Positions 27,042 through 35,803 of a stretch of DNA of 64,000 bases are shown here, piece by piece; the first letter of the stretch is position 1; each line of letters starts with the position of its first letter. The notes under the pieces were generated by a model. The model was not told the DNA's origin. It worked only from the letters and a program-made list of their open reading frames with translations, and searched no databases. The DNA is from a virus (taxonomy: Duplodnaviria; Caudoviricetes), in IMG/VR virus record IMGVR_UViG_2595698952_000001, positions 160,001 to 224,000 of that record; one strand, written 5' to 3'. Made by a program: the position numbers and the translations under genes.

Positions 27042-27730
27042 GTCAGCAAATTTTTAATGGTGTCCCGGTAGACGAACTCCACGGTAAGATGAAGTTTGAG
27101 TTCGATAAACTGTGCGACTTCGAAAAAGAATTGCTCGGTGGGCAATATGTGTGCAGTACCTTTACCGAAGCGATGTTTCGCCGACAGGGTCTGCCACTGC
27201 TGAGCGGGATGTTGGACAACACGTTTAACGAAGTGGCTTGGGAGAACTACGTCGGGAACGCCTTTGTGCCCCTCCAGATTGTATCCGATCTCGACCACTC
27301 GCAGCTGCTGTTTACCATTCCCCCGCTGATGAACACTGGTCGCTCGTTGCAACACATCGAGGGACAGGTGAGCCTGACCGAAGAGACAGAGAACATCCGT
27401 TTACAGGCGGATATCATCTCCGAAGTTGGTGAGCAGCAAATGCACCAGATGATTGACTCGACGCTCTCGGGCATTGAGCAACTGTCATATCTGGAAAATG
27501 CGGTTGCCGCGAAATACAAAATCGACTTACTTAACTGGATATTCCGTCGCTACCAGCTTAATGGGCAATTGGAATACCCGGATGGTTTGTTAGATGTTGT
27601 GGCATTTGCCGAAGGGAAGGGGGTTGCAGCGCCGAGCACCAAGGCTGCTGTTGCCGCACAACCTACGGCACAACCCGAAGTCAAACAAGTTAAGTCGGGC
27701 GGTATCGGCGATGGTGATGACGATTACTAA
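27038..27730 (+). CDS. Hypothetical protein
   Basis: GAGG RBS, ATGA coupling. Confidence 0.75.
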   Translation: MSQQIFNGVPVDELHGKMKFEFDKLCDFEKELLGGQYVCSTFTEAMFRRQGLPLLSGMLDNTFNEVAWENYVGNAFVPLQIVSDLDHSQLLFTIPPLMNTGRSLQHIEGQVSLTEETENIRLQADIISEVGEQQMHQMIDSTLSGIEQLSYLENAVAAKYKIDLLNWIFRRYQLNGQLEYPDGLLDVVAFAEGKGVAAPSTKAAVAAQPTAQPEVKQVKSGGIGDGDDDY

Positions 27731-28862
27731 TCCACCTCACAAACCTGTGGGTGTGAAAAGAATCTTCAGTACCGGGGATGTGCACCTGCTGCATAAGCGG
27801 GTGCCAACCTGGCACATTGTCATGGTGTTTAAAGAAGCACTGTTGGCATGTGGAAATACGATTGATGCCCTTTATATAGCCGGGGACTTATTTGATGATT
27901 CCCGGCAGTTGCGCCAAGAGGATTCTCACGAAGCCGTGGGATTTCTGACCTGGTTGCTCAACTGGGCAAAAGAGACAAATACGGCTATCCGTATTGTTGA
28001 AGGTACACCGTCCCACGATCACAATCAATCGAAGATCGTCGAGTCACTCAATGCAACCATTGGTGCCGATTGTCTGTATCTCGAGAAGATTGGTGTCTTT
28101 TACGATGGTGCACTGGAGGCACATGTCGGTTGGGTGCAGGATGAGTACAAGGCCATTGGCGCACCTGAAATTAATGCCAAATCCACCGAGGCGGAAATGG
28201 CAGAGTTGATGGCAACGCGCGGTTTGGAGAAAGTTGATTTCTTCTTCATGCACGGCTGTTTCCAGTTCCAACTCCCGATAGAGTCCCCCCGTTCGTTTAA
28301 CGAGGAGTTTTGGGAATCGAGAGTCAATCATTTGATTATCATTCACCACGACCACAGAAACAAACGTAAGGGTAAGATTCGTGTCACCGGCAGCCCTGAG
28401 AGGCTGGCACAAGGTGAAGAGGAAGACAAGGGTTTCGCCATTGTCGATTTCACCCCAGAGATTGCACGAGATTATTTCTTGGTCAATCCCCGCGCATGTC
28501 CGCAGCGCAAAGTACGGGCACAGGAAGACTATGAAGCGCAATACGCCGAATGTCTCTCTGCTTTATCGTATATCGATTCCCATCCGTCCGCTAGTATCGG
28601 TCGGTTCGAAGTCGAGTATTACCCCGGCTCTCCACTGGCCGAGCATGTGAATCAGTGGAAAAAAGAATATTCGTTCCACGTATCTGGGGAGCGAGTACGA
28701 ACCTCCGAAGAGGAGGAGTTGTTGGTACAAGGCTTCTCTATCGATGCACCTGTCGATGAGATTATTACGCAAGACAACGTCGAGCGTATCATGTTGGAAG
28801 AGTTGGCACCGTTTAAATACGATGCTGCTATTGTCACCAGCATTATCAGGAGCGTTGCATGA
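27717..28862 (+). CDS. sbcD: SbcD/Mre11-like metallophosphoesterase nuclease
   Basis: GDVH, AGDLFD, GTPSHD, MHG, HHDH, GSPERL motifs. Confidence 0.85.
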   Translation: MTITNPPHKPVGVKRIFSTGDVHLLHKRVPTWHIVMVFKEALLACGNTIDALYIAGDLFDDSRQLRQEDSHEAVGFLTWLLNWAKETNTAIRIVEGTPSHDHNQSKIVESLNATIGADCLYLEKIGVFYDGALEAHVGWVQDEYKAIGAPEINAKSTEAEMAELMATRGLEKVDFFFMHGCFQFQLPIESPRSFNEEFWESRVNHLIIIHHDHRNKRKGKIRVTGSPERLAQGEEEDKGFAIVDFTPEIARDYFLVNPRACPQRKVRAQEDYEAQYAECLSALSYIDSHPSASIGRFEVEYYPGSPLAEHVNQWKKEYSFHVSGERVRTSEEEELLVQGFSIDAPVDEIITQDNVERIMLEELAPFKYDAAIVTSIIRSVA

Positions 28863-29695
28863 CCCCTATTAGCGTTGACCGCAAATTTGGGTTTTATCAG
28901 ATGTCCATCGCCAGTTCGCTGGCGTTTGAAGGGCTACTCCACACCGGCGAACATGCCGACTGGAAAGGCGAACTGCCAATCCATGACTATCAGGAAATTT
29001 TCCTGAATCTCCGGACCTTGTTCCGTAACGCATTCTACGCGTTTGAAGAGAATCGTGAACGTTTAACAGCTGACGTCTTACTGACATCGATTGAAGAAGA
29101 TATTACAAATATCATGGCTACCGCTCAGGCGGTAGCCCCTTCGGTGTTATGTGTGCCGTATCTGTGCACGTATAAAAGTGCAAACAAAACGTTCCCGGAA
29201 GCTTCATTTCGTTCGATTGCCAGCGGGGAAAACAAGATGACGCCGACCATGCTCCACTATAATGCACTGGAGCATGACGCGCTGAAATTGTTCGATGAGA
29301 AGTGGCCCGAAGCGTACCGTAAGTTCGATGTGTTCCCAGACGGTAAGCACGACACCCTGATGTTAACCCATCTGCCAGCAGACTTGTTGGCACGTACTGA
29401 TTTTCCGAAGTTAGGCTTGTTAGAGTCCCACACGGGGAAGGTGAAGACCCAACTCGAATGGTACACCAAGCTGAACAATAAACCTGAACAGATCCCGTTC
29501 AACAAAGCGTTCTTAACAATCTTTGGTGATGCGTATATGTTCGCCCCGTTAGACCGTAAAGTCCGTACCGTGTTACTGAAGACAGCGGAGAAATACCACT
29601 GGCGTCAGGACACAACCATGGATCGTATCTACAGTTGTTTGCGCCTGGTGAACGAACCCCATGTGATGGAATTCTTACGTCGCTGCTCCCGCTAA
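28859..29695 (+). CDS. Conserved protein, possible PIN/5'-nuclease-like fold
   Basis: IFLNLRTLFRNAF and LMLTHLPADLL resemble FEN/PIN segments. Confidence 0.55.
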   Translation: MTPISVDRKFGFYQMSIASSLAFEGLLHTGEHADWKGELPIHDYQEIFLNLRTLFRNAFYAFEENRERLTADVLLTSIEEDITNIMATAQAVAPSVLCVPYLCTYKSANKTFPEASFRSIASGENKMTPTMLHYNALEHDALKLFDEKWPEAYRKFDVFPDGKHDTLMLTHLPADLLARTDFPKLGLLESHTGKVKTQLEWYTKLNNKPEQIPFNKAFLTIFGDAYMFAPLDRKVRTVLLKTAEKYHWRQDTTMDRIYSCLRLVNEPHVMEFLRRCSR

Positions 29696-29759
29696 AAATT
29701 TACGCATTAGGGTTATCCTGTGGGAACCCAAACATGCTTTACCGAAGGAATTAATTTAA

Positions 29760-30434
29760 ATGGTCAATCAAAATATTTTCAAAGAGAAATGGCTTTATCC
29801 GCAGACTGAACCGGATCAGCAAAACCGTACCCGTAAGTTGGGTATTGAGCCGAATGATTTTAACGGTGATGTCGAAGGCATGAAGTTCAACTATTCCTTC
29901 GCTAAAGGTGAAGGTCTGTACTTCTCTGCCCCCTTGACCGTTTGCCGTGACATCGTTGATACGCTGATCGCCACTCTGTCTAAACCAGAAAAATCGGTGA
30001 TTAAGTTTACCAACGAAAACGGCAACAAACCGCCGGTCAGTATTCACGTTGGTCGTGATGAAAACCTGGTACCGTTCATGGCAATCTCTGGTGAAATCCA
30101 GGGCGCAGGCGCGCGCCAGAAGAAGTTCTACTTCTCTTATCCGAAAGGCTTCCGTGTATTCCGTAACGGTGAGCAGGTAAGCGATCTCGAATTGGCCGAA
30201 CGTGCATGTCGTGCGTTTACCAAAAACTTCGACCTGTTCGTGCGTGACCTGGAAGAGAAGTACAAGCCGCGTGAGTTTAACAACACAGGCGGTGGTAACT
30301 TCGGTCGTGGCGGTTATAATGGCGGTGGCGGTAATGGTGGCGGAAACCGTGGTGGTAATAACGGTGGCGGTTATCAGCAGCAGCAGCAGTCTCAACCTCC
30401 GGCAACGGATTCCAGCTACGACGATTTCGTATAA
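29760..30434 (+). CDS. chmC: ChmC-like nucleic-acid-binding protein (phiKZ gp67/Imp6-like)
   Basis: Directly precedes the gp68-like subunit; Gly/Asn-rich disordered tail ending YDDFV. Confidence 0.6.
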   Translation: MVNQNIFKEKWLYPQTEPDQQNRTRKLGIEPNDFNGDVEGMKFNYSFAKGEGLYFSAPLTVCRDIVDTLIATLSKPEKSVIKFTNENGNKPPVSIHVGRDENLVPFMAISGEIQGAGARQKKFYFSYPKGFRVFRNGEQVSDLELAERACRAFTKNFDLFVRDLEEKYKPREFNNTGGGNFGRGGYNGGGGNGGGNRGGNNGGGYQQQQQSQPPATDSSYDDFV

Positions 30435-30563
30435 TTAATAAAGCGCAAAGCCCGAGGGAAATCCCTCGGGCTACAAAGCTGCTATGTGTACAAGAGTGCA
30501 GTGAAAGAGAACTGAGATAGATATTATCTTGGTGCAATCGACTATTCGCGGAGCTTTACCATA

Positions 30564-32210
30564 ATGAAAATTGAGAAAAATCGTGACCGCCTGGTCATCC
30601 GTCTGGATGATAAAGAGGTGGGGTTTAACGGTTTCCGTGGCACTCGTAAGGACTCTAACGTTCCTGATGTCTACGATGCCAAAGGAGCAGTGATTCCCCG
30701 TGACCGGATTATGTTCATGGAAATCGAACGTTATTGGATGACGTTGAGTGCTGACGAGAAAGCAGACCTGTTCGGGGCGTATGCTGAGCTGGAGCTGTTG
30801 GCCAACGAGCCACCGGAAGTGGTACGTAATCATACCCCTCGCTTGGTGGAAAAGATTTCTCGTTATCATCGTGCTGATCGCTTTAAGCAACTGTACCCAC
30901 TCAGTTCTGTCTGGATTCCGGAAAACATGTCAGGGACTCATGATGACATGTCGACCAATTATCCGGAGGCGATGACGTATATCGTCTCGGACTATTACGA
31001 GCTGATTATCTTAGCGATGATGATTAAGCCGTTCATTCCGGTGTTCCTGAGCCTCGGGGCTTTCCCGACCAGTAAAGGCGCAGCGGTGGAGATGAAACGC
31101 AAGAACGTCTATAACCTGACGTACTGCATGGAACTCCTTAGCGATACCGACATCATGAAGTTGCCTGCGATTCCAAAGCTGCGTGGCTTCCTGGATAGCG
31201 TGCTGGAGAAAGTCCAACGTGACCAATCCAACAAAGGCATGATGTCAACCAGCTTGTCTGTGCTGGCCACCGTCAGTGGTTACGGTACGGACATGATGGA
31301 AGAGTACGTGATGGCGTTCGCTATCATTCGTTTACTGTCGATGCGTCTGATTGGGGCGGAACTGCCGAAAGGTACGATGGTAGAGAATAACATGGTGGCG
31401 GGCTTGTTCTTTAACGTGAAGCAGGAGATTGAGACGGGGTTTGCTGGTAAGATCTCGAATCAGAACGTGCTGTTAAAGCAACATCCTGAGAACGTGGTGT
31501 TCAACGGGGAACGCGGCAAGATTAACTCAACGGACTTGATTCAAGCCCGTACCGCAGCACCGATTAAAGAGTACGTGCGTACTGAGGTCTTCTTTAAAGA
31601 TTACCGCAAAGCGCTCAAGTGCCTGGACATCGCAGTTCCTCCGGCAGATGTGAAGACGCTGATTGATTCTGTTCAGCTGAATCACACCTCGCCGTTCTAC
31701 GAGATGCACGAGTGGCTGATGGCTGCGGCATTGCATCGGTTTGCCGATAGGCGCACCTATAAAGACATTGACGCCGAGGCGTTCATGTGCGGTATGGGGT
31801 TAGCACAAGCGGTGTACCTGAACTACGGAATGCCTGAAATCGCACAGCTGCTTAGTTGTGAAATGATTCAGTCTGACCTCAGTACCGGGTATCCGATTGA
31901 ACCTATCGACAATGAAATCAAAATAAAGACGGATAGATATTATCCTCAAGCATACCGTGGACAACGCAATACCAGCGAGTCCTCAACTTTACGTGATTCT
32001 CTCAACCTTCTGTTTCGTGAACACGTTGGGCCGTTCTTCTTCCATCTCAGGGCAACACCGGAAGCAGCCATGCTGCTCAAGTGTGAAATGGATATTGAAG
32101 CATACAGTCCGCACAAACGTATTCAGAACATGCTGGCCGAATTCTTGTTAATTCAGGCACGCAAGAAAACTGAAGAAGTTGATTGGTTTAATGACAAAGC
32201 ATCGGCTTGA
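30564..32210 (+). CDS. Non-virion RNAP specificity (sigma-like) subunit, phiKZ gp68-like
   Basis: 548 aa; synteny between the ChmC-like and PicA-like genes. Confidence 0.65.
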   Translation: MKIEKNRDRLVIRLDDKEVGFNGFRGTRKDSNVPDVYDAKGAVIPRDRIMFMEIERYWMTLSADEKADLFGAYAELELLANEPPEVVRNHTPRLVEKISRYHRADRFKQLYPLSSVWIPENMSGTHDDMSTNYPEAMTYIVSDYYELIILAMMIKPFIPVFLSLGAFPTSKGAAVEMKRKNVYNLTYCMELLSDTDIMKLPAIPKLRGFLDSVLEKVQRDQSNKGMMSTSLSVLATVSGYGTDMMEEYVMAFAIIRLLSMRLIGAELPKGTMVENNMVAGLFFNVKQEIETGFAGKISNQNVLLKQHPENVVFNGERGKINSTDLIQARTAAPIKEYVRTEVFFKDYRKALKCLDIAVPPADVKTLIDSVQLNHTSPFYEMHEWLMAAALHRFADRRTYKDIDAEAFMCGMGLAQAVYLNYGMPEIAQLLSCEMIQSDLSTGYPIEPIDNEIKIKTDRYYPQAYRGQRNTSESSTLRDSLNLLFREHVGPFFFHLRATPEAAMLLKCEMDIEAYSPHKRIQNMLAEFLLIQARKKTEEVDWFNDKASA

Positions 32211-32229
32211 CCTTAAGGAGTATTGAACA

Positions 32230-33993
32230 ATGGCAATGAAATTACTGAAACTCGCAATGTATCCGGTTCAAGAAGTACCGGAGCAGATTCGTCGTCGTGT
32301 TGGCTTTAACGCCAGCACGGGTGCACTGGATGACCTCGCTACTGCGGTAGCCGTAGGGGGCACCAAAGCAACTGGTTCATTACAGTACCAGCAGGCGTTG
32401 TCACAAATCGTCGGCTTTGACGATACGAAGGAAGGCTTCGAGCGCCCATTCGTAAACGTCAGCGATAACGATGACAACCCAATCCAATTCCAGTTCGGGT
32501 CTAATGACACGGGTGTGTATAACTTCGTCGCGATTATCGTGGCGCAGCCGTTGGCGGGTACCCGTTCGCAGGAAACGCAGTATGTGGTTTCTGGTTACAC
32601 CTCGCAGGCAGAGAAATCCCTGTTCGGTAAATTGCCAGATGACATGGTGCTGTACATTAACGACATCTACGGTCTGCAATGTACGTACGATGGTGATGGC
32701 CTGGGTGGTCGTCGTATCAACCCAGATTCCTATCGCCTGGTCGATAACTACGTCCTGTCGAAATCACTGTCGCATATGGGCTACAGTGAAAACAGTGTGG
32801 ACATCATCTCGGTGGCGAAATCCGCAGACATGGTGAAACGTATTGAACTGGCGTCGGACGAAGAGTTCATTCCAGATGCCAATACCATGTTGTCGCCGAA
32901 TGCACAACATGCTCCACAGCTGCTGACCGGACAGTTAACCCGTCCAGAAGCGTTCGTCTCGGCTATCTCTAATGCGTACCTGTCAACCGCAGGTATCGAT
33001 ACGGAGCTGGGCCAGGTCGACAGCTTCTTTGCCGGTAACACCAGTATCGGTATCGATTCAGAACTGAGCAACCTGGGTGTGGTGCGTAACTTCAACAATT
33101 ACGAACTCATCAAGGCCATGCGTTCTGCGCTGACCAATGCCACCTCCGATGTAACCGGTGGCTGGAAAGCAACCAACAAAGCCACCTTCCGTCTGGCCGA
33201 TTTACGTGCATGTATTTCGAACCCGCTGGATATGGATGTGTGGATTGGTGAATCGATCCGACTGGCTGAGCAACGTGGCCTGGGCCAAATCGAGCAGACT
33301 GATAGCTGGATTGGCTATAAAGACATGTCCACCCAGGGTTCACTCGTGGCGTATGACCTGGCAATGATGCTGGGTGCAACCATGACGCGTAACCTGCTCG
33401 GTGAAGTGTCGTTCATGTTTGATAACCGTAACTCGGATATCCTGCAAGAACCGAAACTTCAGGTCTTCCCGCACAACGTGGGTTCTCTGACCGATGGCCC
33501 ACTGCCAGATGTAATGGCTCGCCGTTTCCTGAACGACCTGCGTGCGGTGATGGTACAAGTTACCAAGCACAACCGCATCCGCTGTAAAATGGTGGTCACC
33601 TGCTTAGTCGGCACGGTATCTCGTATTGAGATTACTATCGATGGCGACTTAACCGAATGGTACACCTTCGCATCGTTCATGCAGTTCCGTCTGCATAACG
33701 GTAACACAACCGATCTCACCTACGCCGGACGCCTGGCGAAGAATACCGCGCACCTGCTCAAGACCGTTGAAGAAGGTTTCAATGCGTACGAGCGTGACAA
33801 CGGCATCAGCCGCATGAAGTCTAACCTACCAACCGGCTCTACAGGCGGTCTGGGTAGTGATTTAGGCGGACTGAATCCGAACGCGGTACTGGGCGACTCT
33901 TTAGGAGGTGGCCTGGGCGGTGGATTGGGTTCCGATAATCTCACCGGTGGACTCGGTGGTGGTTTGGGCGGTGGTAAGCGCGGCGGACTCTAA
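32230..33993 (+). CDS. picA: PicA/Imp1 nuclear import factor (phiKZ gp69-like)
   Basis: Synteny (after gp68-like, two genes before the beta subunit), size, Gly-rich tail. Confidence 0.65.
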   Translation: MAMKLLKLAMYPVQEVPEQIRRRVGFNASTGALDDLATAVAVGGTKATGSLQYQQALSQIVGFDDTKEGFERPFVNVSDNDDNPIQFQFGSNDTGVYNFVAIIVAQPLAGTRSQETQYVVSGYTSQAEKSLFGKLPDDMVLYINDIYGLQCTYDGDGLGGRRINPDSYRLVDNYVLSKSLSHMGYSENSVDIISVAKSADMVKRIELASDEEFIPDANTMLSPNAQHAPQLLTGQLTRPEAFVSAISNAYLSTAGIDTELGQVDSFFAGNTSIGIDSELSNLGVVRNFNNYELIKAMRSALTNATSDVTGGWKATNKATFRLADLRACISNPLDMDVWIGESIRLAEQRGLGQIEQTDSWIGYKDMSTQGSLVAYDLAMMLGATMTRNLLGEVSFMFDNRNSDILQEPKLQVFPHNVGSLTDGPLPDVMARRFLNDLRAVMVQVTKHNRIRCKMVVTCLVGTVSRIEITIDGDLTEWYTFASFMQFRLHNGNTTDLTYAGRLAKNTAHLLKTVEEGFNAYERDNGISRMKSNLPTGSTGGLGSDLGGLNPNAVLGDSLGGGLGGGLGSDNLTGGLGGGLGGGKRGGL

Positions 33994-34011
33994 TTTAAGG
34001 ATTATGCACCC

Positions 34012-35376
34012 ATGAAGATTATTGACTTTTATACCTCGTTCCTGAAATCACAAGGTTACGGGTTTGCAGCAGACTTACTGACGACCGATGACGGTCATCC
34101 GGCTGAGTTTACGTACAACAAAGTGAAGCGCCGTCTGGCGCTTCCTACCCCGGTCATGATTAAGAAAGGCATGGAAGACGACGATGGTCGTGAATGTCAT
34201 GCTTTCCATCCGCTGTGCGAATCTGTACTGTCGGGCGAATCAGGCACCATCCGTTTCCTGAAGAACAGCATTAAGACCCAGCTGTTCCTGCGCAACTTCG
34301 AACTGATTGATGCGATTCTCGAAACGGCAGCAGCAGGTAAGTCGGTACGTCTGGCCGGATACAAGAAATTCCTGAGCGATGTGATTTGCGAAGGGATGAA
34401 AGATCCGACCTTTGACGAGCGCCTGGTGAAATCCTGGGAAGCGGTGAAGGCGTACGTGTACGGCTTGTTGGAAAACGACAAGAAGTACAAAGTCACCAAC
34501 ATCTTCATTACCCCGTCAATGGAAATTGATGGCGTGAAGTTCATCCGTGTGGCTAACTATAAGCACATGTTTGAAGAAGAGTCCCTGGACGGTACCGCAA
34601 CGTACTTCGGTGCGAAGGTGCAGCGTAAACAGGATAAAGTTATTATCCACCGTTTACTCACCACCCTGTTTGGCTGGTATCCAGATGTCGTAGGGTCAAA
34701 TGACTCTCGTCCGTACTTTGGTTGTCTGGCGCGTGGTTGGGCACAGTACGTGGTCAATTATAACCAGATTGTCAAAGGTCTGCGTGACCATACCCATCTG
34801 AAGCCACTGGAAGATGAGTGGATTGCTCAGCTGGATAACATGGAAGTGTACGACAACGTGATTCAGACGTTACCGTACAATACTGGCCCACGTTCTGATA
34901 CACCTGAAAAGGATACCAGTGCGCACGATTTCCGTTTAGATCGCCAACCACCGGGACAACAGATCCCGATGAAGAAAGCGTCTGATGTGGCACCGGCCGA
35001 AGCAATGGATGACGATGACCCGGTTGCCTTCTTCCGTAAACGTGCGGCGGTAAACTCGACGTCGAACCCAATGAAGAACCTCTCTCCGGCCTTGCAGCGC
35101 ATGTACGAAGAGAAAGGTAACATTGACCTGAACAAGCCCGAAGTGGCGCGTGTGTCGTTGGTTGATGCTTTTGGTGGTAAGAAAGAAGAGAAAGGTCTGA
35201 GTCTGCTGGGTAGTGGTGGTGGACTTGGCGGGGGTGGATTAGGCAGCAGTGGCGGCCTGGGTTCACTGGACAGCGCACTCGGAGGCGGCGGCTTAGGCGG
35301 CGGTGGTCTGGGTGGAGGCTTAGGTGGTGGGTTGGGCGGAAGCGGTGCTTTCAGCTCAGCGTTCAGCCGGGCATAA
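34012..35376 (+). CDS. Conserved core protein (phiKZ gp70-like) with Gly-Leu repeat tail
   Basis: AFHPLCES motif; synteny; terminator 35383-35413. Confidence 0.6.
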   Translation: MKIIDFYTSFLKSQGYGFAADLLTTDDGHPAEFTYNKVKRRLALPTPVMIKKGMEDDDGRECHAFHPLCESVLSGESGTIRFLKNSIKTQLFLRNFELIDAILETAAAGKSVRLAGYKKFLSDVICEGMKDPTFDERLVKSWEAVKAYVYGLLENDKKYKVTNIFITPSMEIDGVKFIRVANYKHMFEEESLDGTATYFGAKVQRKQDKVIIHRLLTTLFGWYPDVVGSNDSRPYFGCLARGWAQYVVNYNQIVKGLRDHTHLKPLEDEWIAQLDNMEVYDNVIQTLPYNTGPRSDTPEKDTSAHDFRLDRQPPGQQIPMKKASDVAPAEAMDDDDPVAFFRKRAAVNSTSNPMKNLSPALQRMYEEKGNIDLNKPEVARVSLVDAFGGKKEEKGLSLLGSGGGLGGGGLGSSGGLGSLDSALGGGGLGGGGLGGGLGGGLGGSGAFSSAFSRA

Positions 35377-35411
35377 AAGAAGGAAGAAGGGACTGGGCGT
35401 CCCTTCTTTTT

Positions 35412-35738
35412 TTAGTCTTCGATAACGGTCGAGAGTATGTCATTGACGACGCTGACATCCGGAACAAGCAGTTCGGTAATGGCAGGGGTGAAATTCATCG
35501 GGTCTTCTAACCCGTTGAGCAACATCATTGGGAAGACGATTGACGCATCGTAATCTTTGAGTCGGCAATAGGCATAGAAGTTGTGAATCTCTGGCCAGCT
35601 GTATCTCGGGTCAACAATCTCGGTTTTGGTCTTGGGGTGTTTACGCAAGAAGTCGGTGTAGTCGTGTAACACCTTCCAGGTTCTGGAACTGGGCGAAGGT
35701 ATCACCTCGGTTAGGGTAGCAAAACTATCGAGCATCAC
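35412..35738 (-). CDS. Small protein, possible LysM-like/T4 gp53-like baseplate component
   Basis: MLLNGLEDPMNF..ELLVPD pattern; AGGAG RBS. Confidence 0.5.
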   Translation of the reverse strand: MMLDSFATLTEVIPSPSSRTWKVLHDYTDFLRKHPKTKTEIVDPRYSWPEIHNFYAYCRLKDYDASIVFPMMLLNGLEDPMNFTPAITELLVPDVSVVNDILSTVIED

Positions 35739-35803
35739 GCTTCTCCTAAAATATAATAGATAGATATTATCCTACTGAGGTAACCATAAGGAGCATTTAG
35801 CGT

